This document shows positions 11,686-24,394 of a DNA stretch of 64,000 nucleotides, piece by piece. A model generated the notes under the pieces. It was given only the letters and a program-made list of their open reading frames with translations. It made no database searches and had not been told where the DNA came from. The stretch's first letter is position 1. Every line of letters begins with the position of its first letter. Made by a program: the position numbers and the translations under genes. The stretch comes from Escherichia coli (GTDB lineage Bacteria > Pseudomonadota > Gammaproteobacteria > Enterobacterales > Enterobacteriaceae): NCBI RefSeq assembly GCF_003334355.1, contig NZ_QOWP01000012.1, one strand, 5' to 3'.

Positions 11686-12804
11686 CTAGTTGGCCGGGAG
11701 TATAACTAACAAAACATATCCCACCAACGCCGCCCACAACAGCATCGGTATTGAATAGAGATGGAAACGCCACCAGATGCGGCGATCGTTCGCCATACGT
11801 AGCGCAATCAAATTTGCCAGCGATCCGGGTAATAACCCAAAGCCACCTACGTTTACCGCCCATACCAGTAATAAAGACGGCGGCACATAGTTCAGCAACA
11901 ATATGGTACTCGGCACGTTACTGATCACCTGCGATAAACCGATTGCCGTTAACCATAACCCGGGTTCAGATAGATGACTCACGTTACCCAACACGCCTTG
12001 CAACGCTGGAAGCTGGGTCAGTAAATGGACGTCGATAAACATCGCCATAAACACCAGCAGCAGCGTCCAGTCCACACTGAGCACCACGCGACGTGCCAGC
12101 AGCGCAAAGCCTGCCGCCACAATCACCAGTCCCCACAGCTCTTGTTTGAACTCCAGCGCCGTCAGAAAGACGATATACAGCCCCAGACAACTCCACACCA
12201 GCCGCGGTTTCCACTCCGGTGTTTGCACCCCCGTATGGTATTGCAGCGCCTTTCCAGGGAAACAACACCAGCACAGGAGCAGGAGCGTCAGCATCATTGC
12301 GCCAGCCAGCGGTGCCATTTGGGCAATAAATCCGGCAAACGAAAGACCAGAACGTCCCCAGATAAGAATATTTTGCGGGTTGCCAATTGGCGTCAGTAGC
12401 GAACCAGCGTTGACTGCCAGCGCCTCAAAAATAATCAGCCGATTAACCGGGATCTCACACAGTCTTTTTAGCGTGATAGTCAGCGGAACAACAATAAACA
12501 GCGCGACATCGTTGGTCAGAAAGGTAGAAAGCAGCGCCGCCGCCAGCACCATAAACATCGCCAGCCGACGCTCCGTAGCAAAGCGGCGCACCATTTTGCG
12601 CCCCAGCACATCAAAATAACCGCTTAACTCCACACCTTTGGTCAGCAGCATCAGGCCGCTTAAGGTGATGATGGTGTGCCAGTCGATAGCAGCAGGCCAG
12701 GATTTCGGTGCAAAGGGCACGAAAAAGCTTAATCCGATACCAACAAGAATTAATAACTGAAAAAAACGATCGCCTTGCAGCGTGCGTAAAAAAGGCAGAC
12801 TCAT
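11686..12804 (-). CDS. ybiR: Putative anion permease (ArsB/NhaD-like inner membrane transporter)
   Basis: 372 aa hydrophobic ORF; start overlaps the mntR stop. Confidence 0.85.
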
Positions 12805-13268
12805 TTGGCACCGTGTTTCTGGGTAAACAAACGAAAAGCGTCGAGCGTCTCTTCACTAACATGGTGCTCCATGCCTTCCGCGTCGCGACGGGCGATTTCC
12901 GGACTGACGCCCAACACCAACAAGAAATTTTCGACTATCTGATGTCGCTCGCGGCTTTCCTGCGCCAGCTTCTCTCCTTCTGCCGTTAAAAACACGCCAC
13001 GCCAGGGGATCATTTCAATCAGCCCCATGGTTGCCAGCCGCTTAAGCATTTTAGCCACCGTCGGTTGCGAAACTCCCAGACGAGCAGCCATGTCCACCTG
13101 ACGAGCTTCCCCCACTTCCCTGATCAAGTCAGAAATCAGCTCAACGTAATCATCAATAAGCTCGCGCCGATGCGCCTCTCTGACCTGGCGGAACCCTTCA
13201 ACGTGCTCTTCCACGTTCACTAACTGCGTCACTTTTTTTGCTGTTGGCGTACCTGCGCGACGACTCAT
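12801..13268 (-). CDS. mntR: Manganese-responsive transcriptional regulator (DtxR family)
   Basis: 155 aa ORF recognised as MntR with N-terminal HTH. Confidence 0.9.
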
Positions 13269-13453
13269 TGTGCTTCCTCATTATGGTGACGCATACATAG
13301 CGTTCTCATTTCGTGCGCACATTGTAAACCAGAGTTGCGAAGGTACAAAAAATTAACGTTTTAGCAATAGCTATATAATATAGCCTGTGCTATATCTGTA
13401 TGTAATGCAATCATCCCTCAAGGATCGACGGGATTAGCAAGTCAGGAGGTCTT

Positions 13454-13582
13454 ATGAATGAGTTCAAGAGGTGTATGCGCGTGTTTAGTCATTCTCCCTT
13501 TAAAGTACGGTTAATGCTGCTCTCTATGTTGTGCGATATGGTCAACAACAAACCGCAGCAAGATAAACCTTCCGATAAATAG
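13454..13582 (+). CDS. mntS: Small protein MntS (42 aa)
   Basis: ATG preceded by AGGAGG; translation MNEFKRCMRVFSHSPFKVRLMLLSMLCDMVNNKPQQDKPSDK; divergent from mntR; below the 60-aa cut-off of the ORF track. Confidence 0.8.
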   Translation: MNEFKRCMRVFSHSPFKVRLMLLSMLCDMVNNKPQQDKPSDK

Positions 13583-13853
13583 CGGCGTCGCGGTACGCCG
13601 CTTCACTCCTGCTTTCATGCAGGCATAACGCGTTTTGGTCTGAAAAACCCCACTTTTTGTCGGATTTGCAATCCCCTTCGCAAAAGATTTGTTCGTCAGT
13701 AGTTGACCTGAACGGCGGCTCGCTCTATCTTCTTGCAGCCCTGCGTATATTGCGGCTCGCGGATGCGGACCCCTTTCCACTCTTCACGCACTCTTGCAGG
13801 TATTGACCCTTGACGCCAGGGTAAGCACATGGCGTTTGTTACGATAGTGGCAT

Positions 13854-15437
13854 ATGAATTTAACCCTCAAAGAATCGCTTGTTACCCGTAGCCGGGTATT
13901 TAGCCCGTGGACTGCGTTCTACTTTTTACAGTCGCTATTAATTAACCTCGGCTTAGGTTACCCCTTCAGTTTGCTCTACACCGCTGCGTTTACGGCTATT
14001 TTGCTTTTGCTATGGCGAACATTGCCTCGCGTACAAAAAGTTCTGGTCGGTGTCAGTTCGCTGGTGGCGGCTTGTTATTTCCCTTTTGCTCAGGCCTACG
14101 GCGCGCCTAATTTCAATACATTGCTGGCATTGCACTCCACCAATATGGAAGAGTCGACCGAAATCCTGACGATTTTTCCGTGGTACAGCTACCTGGTCGG
14201 CTTATTTATTTTTGCGCTCGGCGTAATAGCAATCAGGCGAAAAAAAGAGAATGAAAAAGCGCGCTGGAATACCTTCGACAGCCTGTGTCTGGTATTCAGT
14301 GTGGCGACATTTTTTGTTGCTCCCGTGCAAAACCTGGCCTGGGGTGGCGTATTTAAACTGAAAGATACTGGCTATCCGGTATTTCGTTTTGCTAAGGATG
14401 TCATCGTCAATAATAACGAGGTGATTGAAGAGCAAGAACGGATGGCAAAACTTTCCGGAATGAAAGATACCTGGACGGTCACTGCCGTTAAGCCGAAGTA
14501 TCAGACCTATGTGGTGGTGATCGGTGAAAGCGCGCGTCGCGATGCCCTCGGTGCCTTTGGCGGTCACTGGGACAATACCCCGTTTGCCAGCAGCGTTAAC
14601 GGTTTGATATTTGCTGACTACATTGCCGCCAGTGGCTCCACGCAGAAATCGCTTGGCTTAACGCTCAATCGCGTTGTCGATGGCAAACCACAGTTTCAGG
14701 ATAACTTTGTCACCCTGGCAAATCGCGCGGGCTTCCAGACCTGGTGGTTTTCCAACCAGGGTCAAATCGGCGAATACGATACCGCTATCGCCAGCATCGC
14801 CAAACGAGCAGATGAAGTGTACTTCCTGAAAGAAGGTAATTTTGAAGCAGATAAAAACACCAAAGACGAAGCGTTACTGGATATGACCGCTCAAGTGCTG
14901 GCGCAAGAGCACTCGCAACCGCAGCTGATTGTTCTACATCTGATGGGCTCACATCCGCAGGCCTGCGACAGGACACAAGGAAAATACGAAACCTTTGTGC
15001 AATCGAAAGAAACGTCGTGCTATCTCTATACCATGACGCAAACGGACGATTTACTGCGCAAGCTGTACGATCAGTTACGCAACAGCGGCAGCAGCTTCTC
15101 GCTGGTTTACTTTTCTGACCACGGTCTGGCCTTTAAAGAGCGCGGTAAAGACGTGCAATACCTTGCCCATGATGATAAATATCAGCAAAATTTCCAGGTG
15201 CCTTTTATGGTCATTTCCAGCGACGATAAAGCGCATCGTGTGATTAAAGCCCGCCGCTCAGCCAATGACTTCTTAGGCTTTTTCTCCCAGTGGACGGGGA
15301 TTAAAGCGAAGGAAATTAACATCAAATACCCGTTTATATCTGAGAAGAAAGCCGGGCCGATATACATCACCAACTTCCAGTTACAGAAGGTGGATTACAA
15401 CCATCTCGGAACCGATATTTTCGACCCGAAACCTTAA
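13854..15437 (+). CDS. opgE: Phosphoethanolamine transferase for osmoregulated periplasmic glucans
   Basis: 527 aa ORF with N-terminal transmembrane segments and sulfatase-like C-terminal domain. Confidence 0.85.
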   Translation: MNLTLKESLVTRSRVFSPWTAFYFLQSLLINLGLGYPFSLLYTAAFTAILLLLWRTLPRVQKVLVGVSSLVAACYFPFAQAYGAPNFNTLLALHSTNMEESTEILTIFPWYSYLVGLFIFALGVIAIRRKKENEKARWNTFDSLCLVFSVATFFVAPVQNLAWGGVFKLKDTGYPVFRFAKDVIVNNNEVIEEQERMAKLSGMKDTWTVTAVKPKYQTYVVVIGESARRDALGAFGGHWDNTPFASSVNGLIFADYIAASGSTQKSLGLTLNRVVDGKPQFQDNFVTLANRAGFQTWWFSNQGQIGEYDTAIASIAKRADEVYFLKEGNFEADKNTKDEALLDMTAQVLAQEHSQPQLIVLHLMGSHPQACDRTQGKYETFVQSKETSCYLYTMTQTDDLLRKLYDQLRNSGSSFSLVYFSDHGLAFKERGKDVQYLAHDDKYQQNFQVPFMVISSDDKAHRVIKARRSANDFLGFFSQWTGIKAKEINIKYPFISEKKAGPIYITNFQLQKVDYNHLGTDIFDPKP

Positions 15438-15440
15438 AAA

Positions 15441-15471
15441 CAAAAATCCGCCCCGAGAGGCGGATTTTTTA
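15441..15471. terminator. Bidirectional rho-independent terminator between opgE and ompX
   Basis: AAAAATCCGCCCCGAGAGGCGGATTTTTTA hairpin flanked by A/T runs. Confidence 0.7.
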
Positions 15472-15485
15472 TATCACCAAAGTGA

Positions 15486-16001
15486 TTAGAAGCGGTAACC
15501 AACACCGGCAATCCAGGTGCCTACGTCAACGCTACGAATACGGCTCTGCTCGTAAGAGAAGTCCAGAGCAACGTTTTCCATCGGGTTGAACTGCAGACCC
15601 GCACCGTAGGAGAAACCGTAGTCGCTGGTGTCGTGTTTGTAGGTCGGGTATTCAGTGGTCTGGAATTTACCATAACCCACACCCACTACACCGTAGATGC
15701 TTGCCCAGTCGTTAATGCGGTAAGCCGGACCAGCAGTGATGCCGTAGTACTGGTTTTTGTTGTAGTCACCAGAGCTTGCAGTACGGCTTTTCTCGGTGTA
15801 AGTGAAAGAACCGATCACACCCAGCGGGCTGTTGTCTTCTTCATAGCGGTATTTCAGGTTGAAACCGCCCATTTTGTTCATTTGGCCCTGAGCGTCGCTC
15901 TGTGCGTAACCGCCAGTTACAGTAGAAGTCGCAGCTACGGAAGTACCTGCGGTGAAAGCCAGAACTGCGGCCAGTGCTGAAAGACATGCAATTTTTTTCA
16001 T
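15486..16001 (-). CDS. ompX: Outer membrane protein X
   Basis: Translation from MKKIACLSALAAVLAFTAGTSVA gives 171 aa with C-terminal aromatic residue (GYRF). Confidence 0.9.
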   Translation of the reverse strand: MKKIACLSALAAVLAFTAGTSVAATSTVTGGYAQSDAQGQMNKMGGFNLKYRYEEDNSPLGVIGSFTYTEKSRTASSGDYNKNQYYGITAGPAYRINDWASIYGVVGVGYGKFQTTEYPTYKHDTSDYGFSYGAGLQFNPMENVALDFSYEQSRIRSVDVGTWIAGVGYRF

Positions 16002-16353
16002 AACCACCTCAAATGTGATTCAAATAAGTCCTAAGTTTTAAATATATCAAAAATTAATGGGAAACTCTTCGCGATTTGTGATGTCTAACGGGCCATTTCA
16101 TGTAACAGAACGTTTCCATACACCGCTATCCATCTAAATTTAAATCACTTTTTCAGAGAACTGCGTAAGTATTACGCATGTTTTCCCTGTCATTCATCCA
16201 GATTATTCCTAATCACCAGACTAATGATTCCATCAATCCTGGCGCATTTTAGTCAAAACGGGGGAAAATTTTTTCAACAAATGCTCAACCAGCATTGGGT
16301 ATATCCAGTACACTCCACGCTTTACTTAAGTCTAGATATTTGTGGGAGAAAGG

Positions 16354-17241
16354 ATGCCTGGTTCATTACGTAAAATGCCGGTCTGGTTACCAATAGTCAT
16401 ATTGCTCGTTGCCATGGCGTCTATTCAGGGTGGAGCCTCGTTAGCTAAGTCACTTTTTCCTCTGGTGGGCGCACCGGGTGTCACTGCGCTGCGTCTGGCA
16501 TTAGGAACGCTGATCCTCATCGCGTTCTTTAAGCCATGGCGACTGCGCTTTGCCAAAGAGCAACGGTTACCGCTGTTGTTTTACGGCGTTTCGCTGGGTG
16601 GGATGAATTATCTTTTTTATCTTTCTATTCAGACAGTACCGCTGGGTATTGCGGTGGCGCTGGAGTTCACCGGACCACTGGCGGTGGCGCTGTTCTCTTC
16701 TCGTCGCCCGGTAGATTTCGTCTGGGTTGTGCTGGCGGTTCTTGGTCTGTGGTTCCTGCTACCGCTGGGGCAAGACGTTTCCCATGTCGATTTAACCGGC
16801 TGTGCGCTGGCACTGGGGGCCGGGGCTTGTTGGGCTATTTACATTTTAAGTGGGCAACGCGCAGGAGCGGAACATGGCCCTGCGACGGTGGCAATTGGTT
16901 CGTTGATTGCAGCGTTAATTTTCGTGCCAATTGGAGCGCTTCAGGCTGGTGAAGCACTCTGGCACTGGTCGGTTATTCCATTGGGTCTGGCTGTCGCTAT
17001 TCTCTCGACCGCTCTGCCTTATTCGCTGGAAATGATTGCCCTCACCCGTTTGCCAACACGGACATTTGGTACGCTGATGAGCATGGAACCGGCGCTGGCT
17101 GCCGTTTCCGGGATGATTTTCCTCGGAGAAACACTGACACCCATACAGCTACTGGCGCTCGGCGCTATCATCGCCGCTTCAATGGGGTCTACGCTGACAG
17201 TACGCAAAGAGAGCAAAATAAAAGAATTAGACATTAATTAA
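16354..17241 (+). CDS. rhtA: Threonine/homoserine exporter (DMT superfamily)
   Basis: Translation from MPGSLRKMPVWL gives 295 aa, 10-TM-type hydrophobic protein. Confidence 0.85.
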   Translation: MPGSLRKMPVWLPIVILLVAMASIQGGASLAKSLFPLVGAPGVTALRLALGTLILIAFFKPWRLRFAKEQRLPLLFYGVSLGGMNYLFYLSIQTVPLGIAVALEFTGPLAVALFSSRRPVDFVWVVLAVLGLWFLLPLGQDVSHVDLTGCALALGAGACWAIYILSGQRAGAEHGPATVAIGSLIAALIFVPIGALQAGEALWHWSVIPLGLAVAILSTALPYSLEMIALTRLPTRTFGTLMSMEPALAAVSGMIFLGETLTPIQLLALGAIIAASMGSTLTVRKESKIKELDIN

Positions 17242-17249
17242 ATTTACAT

Positions 17250-17280
17250 TTCTGCATGGTTATGCATAACCATGCAGAAT
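17250..17280. terminator. Perfect palindrome immediately after rhtA (CTGCATGGTTATGCATAACCATGCAG)
   Basis: Long perfect inverted repeat read directly in the sequence, about 10 nt after the rhtA stop and upstream of the dps promoter region. Confidence 0.5.
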
Positions 17281-17395
17281 TTCTCGCTACTTTTCCTCTA
17301 CACCGTCTTTATATATCGAATTATGCAAAAGCATATTTATTCCGAAAATTCCTGGCGAGCAGATAAATAAGAATTGTTCTTATCAATATATCTAA

Positions 17396-18043
<648 letters not shown>

Positions 18044-18064
18044 ATCCATCGCTGATGGTGCAGA

Positions 18065-18110
18065 ACTTTAGTACCCGATAAAAGCGGCTTCCTGACAGGA
18101 GGCCGTTTTG
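18065..18110 (+). terminator. Putative dps terminator hairpin
   Basis: Imperfect GC stem (GGCTTCCTG...CAGGAGGCC) followed by TTTTGTTTT. Confidence 0.45.
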
Positions 18111-18258
18111 TTTTGCAGCCCACCTCAACGCACTTATTTAGTGCATCCATCTGCTATCTCCAGCTGATTAAGTAAATTTTTTGTATCCACATCATCACAC
18201 AATCGTTACATAAAGATTGTTTTTTCATCAGGTTTTACGCTAAATAATCACTGTGTTG

Positions 18259-18392
18259 AGTGCACAATTTTAGCGCACCAGATTGGTGCCCCAGAATGGT
18301 GCATCTTCAGGGTATTGCCCTATAAATCGTGCATCACGTTTTTGCCGCATCTCGAAAAATCAAGGAGTTGCAAAACTGGCACGATTTTTTCA
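18259..18392 (+). promoter_or_regulatory. glnH control region: NtrC-type palindromes and sigma-54 type promoter
   Basis: GCACCAGATTGGTGC palindrome near 18275 to 18289 and TGGCAC-N5-TTTCA near 18377 to 18392, upstream of glnH. Confidence 0.55.
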
Positions 18393-18431
18393 TATATGTG
18401 AATGTCACGCAGGGGATCGTCCCGTGGATAG

Positions 18432-19193
<762 letters not shown>

Positions 19194-19195
19194 TA

Positions 19196-19290
19196 ACGCT
19201 ACACCTGTAAAACGCACTGGCAGTTCCCTCTCCCCTATGGGGAGAGGATTAGGGTGAGGGGCGCAAACCCGCTCCGGGGCCATTAATTAC
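19196..19290. repeat. GC-rich intergenic hairpin repeat (box C-like) between glnH and glnP
   Basis: CCCTCTCCCCTATGGGGAGAGG inverted repeat followed by GGGTGAGGGGCGC; resembles the box C class of E. coli intergenic repeats as I recall it. Confidence 0.45.
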
Positions 19291-19331
19291 CCTGAATTTG
19301 ATTATTTACACCACGGTAACAGGAACAACAT

Positions 19332-19991
19332 ATGCAGTTTGACTGGAGTGCCATCTGGCCTGCCATTCCGCTTCTGATTGAAGGTGCCAAAATGACCCTG
19401 TGGATTTCGGTCCTCGGTCTGGCAGGCGGTCTGGTAATCGGATTGCTGGCAGGTTTTGCACGCACCTTCGGAGGTTGGATAGCCAACCACATCGCGCTGG
19501 TCTTTATTGAAGTGATCCGCGGCACACCTATCGTCGTCCAGGTGATGTTTATTTATTTCGCCCTGCCGATGGCGTTTAACGACTTACGCATCGACCCATT
19601 TACTGCGGCGGTGGTCACCATCATGATCAACTCCGGCGCGTATATTGCGGAAATCACGCGTGGTGCGGTGCTGTCTATCCACAAAGGTTTTCGTGAAGCA
19701 GGACTGGCGCTCGGTCTTTCACGTTGGGAAACCATTCGCTACGTCATTTTACCGCTGGCACTGCGTCGTATGCTGCCGCCGCTGGGTAACCAGTGGATCA
19801 TCAGCATTAAAGACACCTCGCTGTTTATTGTGATCGGCGTGGCGGAACTGACCCGTCAGGGGCAAGAAATTATTGCCGGTAACTTCCGCGCCCTTGAGAT
19901 CTGGAGCGCCGTGGCGGTGTTCTATCTGATTATTACCCTGGTGCTGAGCTTTATTCTGCGTCGTCTGGAAAGAAGGATGAAAATCCTGTGA
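19332..19991 (+). CDS. glnP: Glutamine ABC transporter permease
   Basis: 219 aa hydrophobic ORF; overlaps glnQ start by 4 bp. Confidence 0.9.
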   Translation: MQFDWSAIWPAIPLLIEGAKMTLWISVLGLAGGLVIGLLAGFARTFGGWIANHIALVFIEVIRGTPIVVQVMFIYFALPMAFNDLRIDPFTAAVVTIMINSGAYIAEITRGAVLSIHKGFREAGLALGLSRWETIRYVILPLALRRMLPPLGNQWIISIKDTSLFIVIGVAELTRQGQEIIAGNFRALEIWSAVAVFYLIITLVLSFILRRLERRMKIL

Positions 19992-20710
19992 TTGAATTTA
20001 AAAACGTCTCCAAGCACTTTGGCCCAACCCAGGTGCTGCACAATATCGATTTGAACATTGCCCAGGGCGAAGTCGTGGTGATTATCGGGCCGTCCGGTTC
20101 CGGTAAATCGACCCTGCTGCGCTGCATCAACAAACTGGAAGAAATCACCTCCGGCGATCTGATTGTCGATGGCCTGAAGGTTAACGATCCGAAAGTTGAC
20201 GAGCGCCTGATTCGCCAGGAAGCAGGTATGGTGTTCCAGCAGTTTTACCTCTTCCCGCATCTGACGGCGCTGGAAAACGTCATGTTTGGCCCGCTACGCG
20301 TGCGTGGCGCGAACAAAGAAGAGGCGGAAAAACTGGCACGTGAGCTGCTGGCGAAAGTCGGTCTGGCAGAACGTGCACATCACTACCCTTCCGAACTTTC
20401 TGGTGGTCAACAGCAGCGTGTGGCGATTGCCCGCGCGCTGGCGGTGAAGCCGAAAATGATGCTGTTTGATGAACCGACTTCCGCTCTTGACCCGGAACTG
20501 CGCCATGAAGTGCTGAAGGTTATGCAGGATCTGGCTGAAGAAGGGATGACGATGGTGATCGTGACCCACGAAATCGGTTTTGCCGAGAAAGTAGCTTCGC
20601 GGCTGATCTTTATCGACAAAGGCCGGATTGCGGAAGATGGCAATCCGCAGGTGTTGATCAAGAACCCGCCGAGCCAGCGCTTGCAGGAATTTTTGCAGCA
20701 CGTCTCTTAA
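19988..20710 (+). CDS. glnQ: Glutamine ABC transporter ATP-binding protein
   Basis: 240 aa ORF with Walker [10 protein letters not shown] and LSGGQQQR signature. Confidence 0.9.
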   Translation: MIEFKNVSKHFGPTQVLHNIDLNIAQGEVVVIIGPSGSGKSTLLRCINKLEEITSGDLIVDGLKVNDPKVDERLIRQEAGMVFQQFYLFPHLTALENVMFGPLRVRGANKEEAEKLARELLAKVGLAERAHHYPSELSGGQQQRVAIARALAVKPKMMLFDEPTSALDPELRHEVLKVMQDLAEEGMTMVIVTHEIGFAEKVASRLIFIDKGRIAEDGNPQVLIKNPPSQRLQEFLQHVS

Positions 20711-20714
20711 TAAG

Positions 20715-20830
20715 ACACATTGCCTGATGCGCTACGCTTATCAGGCCTACAGGATATCTGGCAACTTATTAAAATTGCATGAACTTGTAGGACGGATAAG
20801 GCGTTCACGCCGCATCCGGCAAAAAAGCCC
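20715..20830. repeat. REP/BIME repeat cluster
   Basis: GCCTGATGCGCTACGCTTATCAGGCCTAC and GGATAAGGCGTTCACGCCGCATCCGGC units after glnQ. Confidence 0.7.
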
Positions 20831-20970
20831 GCACGTTGTCAGCAACCTGCTTAATATCCCTTCCTCCCTTTCACCCGAAAGGGAGGCACACCAGATTCCT
20901 CTCATTTAAAATCGCCCCTCCTCCAGCATCTATACTTATCTTTTTGCTCTATTTTCTCACTGGAGGAGTC

Positions 20971-23196
20971 ATGCGGTGGATCCTGTTCATCCTCTTCTGC
21001 CTGCTGGGCGCACCTGCCCACGCGGTATCCATACCCGGCGTTACAACCACAACGACAACGGACTCAACGACTGAACCGGCCCCGGAACCGGATATCGAAC
21101 AAAAAAAAGCGGCCTATGGCGCACTGGCGGATGTGCTGGATAATGACACCTCGCGTAAAGAGTTGATCGACCAGTTGCGCACCGTTGCCGCTACGCCCCC
21201 TGCTGAACCGGTACCAAAAATAGTGCCGCCGACGCTGGTCGAAGAGCAAACCGTGCTGCAAAAGGTCACCGAAGTCAGCCGCCATTATGGTGAAGCCCTT
21301 TCCGCCCGCTTCGGGCAACTTTATCGCAATATCACCGGCTCCCCGCATAAGCCGTTTAATCCACAAACCTTCAGCAATGCGCTGACCCATTTTTCAATGT
21401 TAGCGGTATTAGTGTTTGGTTTTTACTGGCTGATTCGCCTGTGCGCACTGCCGCTGTATCGCAAAATGGGTCAGTGGGCGCGGCAAAAAAATCGTGAGCG
21501 CAGCAACTGGTTGCAGCTTCCGGCGATGATTATCGGGGCGTTTATTATCGACCTGCTGTTACTGGCCCTGACATTATTTGTCGGCCAGGTATTAAGCGAC
21601 AACCTGAATGCAGGCAGTCGCACCATCGCTTTCCAACAAAGTTTGTTTCTCAACGCCTTTGCCCTCATTGAATTTTTCAAAGCCGTACTACGCCTGATTT
21701 TTTGCCCAAACGTGGCGGAGCTGCGCCCGTTCACGATTCAGGACGAGAGCGCCCGTTACTGGAGTCGTCGCCTGAGCTGGTTAAGCAGTTTGATAGGTTA
21801 TGGCCTGATTGTGGCCGTGCCGATTATCTCTAATCAGGTGAATGTACAGATAGGTGCGCTGGCGAACGTCATCATTATGCTGTGCATGACCGTCTGGGCG
21901 TTGTACCTGATCTTTCGTAATAAAAAAGAGATTACCCAGCATTTGCTCAACTTCGCGGAGCATTCGCTGGCCTTTTTCAGCCTGTTTATCCGCGCCTTTG
22001 CGCTGGTGTGGCACTGGCTGGCAAGCGCCTATTTTATCGTGCTGTTTTTCTTTTCGTTGTTCGATCCGGGCAACAGCCTGAAATTTATGATGGGTGCAAC
22101 GGTGCGCAGCCTGGCGATTATTGGTATCGCAGCGTTTGTTTCCGGTATGTTTTCCCGCTGGCTGGCGAAAACCATCACTCTCTCGCCACATACTCAGCGT
22201 AACTATCCGGAGCTGCAAAAACGGTTGAATGGCTGGCTGTCGGCGGCGCTGAAAACGGCGCGTATTCTGACAGTCTGCGTGGCGGTAATGTTGCTGTTGA
22301 GCGCATGGGGATTGTTCGATTTCTGGAACTGGCTGCAAAACGGCGCGGGGCAGAAAACCGTAGATATCCTGATCCGTATCGCACTCATTCTTTTCTTCTC
22401 GGCGGTTGGCTGGACGGTGCTCGCCAGTTTGATCGAAAACCGGCTGGCTTCGGATATTCATGGCCGCCCGCTACCCAGCGCCCGCACGCGTACCCTGCTT
22501 ACGCTGTTTCGTAACGCGCTGGCGGTGATTATCAGTACCATCACCATCATGATTGTGTTGTCGGAAATCGGCGTCAATATCGCGCCATTGCTGGCAGGTG
22601 CCGGGGCATTAGGTCTGGCTATCTCGTTTGGTTCGCAAACGCTGGTGAAAGATATTATCACCGGGGTATTTATTCAGTTTGAAAACGGCATGAACACTGG
22701 AGATTTGGTGACTATCGGGCCGTTGACCGGCACAGTGGAACGGATGTCGATTCGCTCCGTGGGCGTACGCCAGGATACCGGGGCGTATCACATCATTCCG
22801 TGGTCTTCGATAACCACCTTTGCTAACTTTGTCCGCGGCATTGGTTCGGTGGTGGCAAATTATGATGTTGATCGCCATGAAGATGCTGATAAAGCCAATC
22901 AGGCACTGAAAGATGCGGTAGCGGAATTAATGGAAAACGAAGAAATTCGCGGGCTGATTATTGGTGAACCGAATTTTGCCGGGATTGTCGGCTTAAGCAA
23001 TACCGCGTTTACACTGCGTGTTTCGTTCACCACGCTGCCACTCAAACAGTGGACGGTACGCTTTGCCCTCGACAGCCAGGTGAAAAAACATTTCGACCTG
23101 GCGGGCGTTCGCGCGCCAGTGCAGACTTATCAGGTGCTGCCTGCTCCGGGCGCGACCCCGGCTGAACCGTTACCGCCGGGGGAACCAACGCTTTAA
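20971..23196 (+). CDS. ybiO: Mechanosensitive channel, MscS/MscK family, with signal peptide and long periplasmic N-terminus
   Basis: Translation from [18 protein letters not shown] gives 741 aa; GGAGG RBS upstream; the ORF-track extension is rejected. Confidence 0.85.
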
Positions 23197-24119
23197 CGCT
23201 GGCGATTGACAAAACGGCGGCGCTGCTCGTCGTTCATAAAGGTCCAGGCAATAAAGCGACTCTGCTTTTGCCCCTGGGCCATCTCTTTTTTAACCACCTT
23301 CACCGCGCCCACGTCCGTCAGGGCACGATACAACGGCGGTAAGTTTTCACCACGAGATACCAGTGATGTAAACCACATCACCTGCTTCGCGAAGCCTTTG
23401 CTCTCTTCAATCATCTTTTTGATAAAGGTGACTTCACCGCCTTCACACCACAACTCCTGTTGCTGGCCGCCAAAGTTCAGTGCATCGTCTTTGTTCAGCC
23501 CCAGGTTACGGCGTTTACGCTCACTACCTGCCCGTGCCGCAGCGGCGGAATCGTGGAATGGCGGGTTACACAAGGTCGCGTCGTATTGCTCGTTTTTATG
23601 GATGATGCCGTTAAAAATCGCCCCACTCTCTTTTTGCCGACGCAGACGAATGGCGCGGTTAAGCCCCGGATTAGAACTGATAATCGCCTGCGCACTGCTT
23701 AACGCCTGGCTGCTGGTTTCACTACCGGTAAAACGCCAGCCATATTCATGTACGCCAATCAGCGGATAAATACAGTTCGCACCAACGCCGATATCCAGAA
23801 TGCTGGCATTCGCTGGAATTGTTCCGCTTGCTTCTGCCAGTAAATCGGCAAGGTGATGAATATAATCCGCCCGGCCCGGTACTGGTGGGCAGAGAAAACC
23901 GTCGGGGATATCCCAGTTCGCTACGGCGTAAAAATGGGCCAGCAACGCCTTATTGAGCGCCTTCACCGCCAGCGGATTGGCAAAGTCTACGCTTTGCTCC
24001 CCGGCGGGTGTAAGCGTGAGGAATTGCCTGAGTTCAGGATTGACCTGACAAAGCGTGGCGAGATCGTAGCGGCTGTGATGACGGTTGCGCGGATGCAACC
24101 CCGGTTTCTGGGCGGACAT
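23193..24119 (-). CDS. rlmF: 23S rRNA m6A1618 methyltransferase
   Basis: Translation from [19 protein letters not shown] gives 308 aa with NPPF methyltransferase motif; 4-bp convergent overlap with ybiO. Confidence 0.85.
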
Positions 24120-24394
24120 AGCATTCTCCTTTAAGCAGCGGCGTAAGATACCCGCATAACGCGACAGGGTAAATATCTGGCTGCGTTTATCATTCCCCAA
24201 AACCTTAACATGGCTATGGTTTATGGCAATTCATCATAAAAATCAGCATTATGCATGTCATTGATTTGTCTTATTTTGTAAAAATATATCGTTCAAAAAA
24301 TAAGCACATCTCTGTCAATTTTTTGCGTCATTTGCATCGCGCAGGCGACCTACACTTATCAGGCACTACCCGTTGTATTTATGAGGATGTCATT

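Noticed and set aside
13511-13780. 89-aa minus-strand ORF in the mntS-opgE intergenic region
   Set aside because: Overlaps mntS on the opposite strand and the opgE upstream region; no ribosome-binding site and an unremarkable translation; most likely non-coding.
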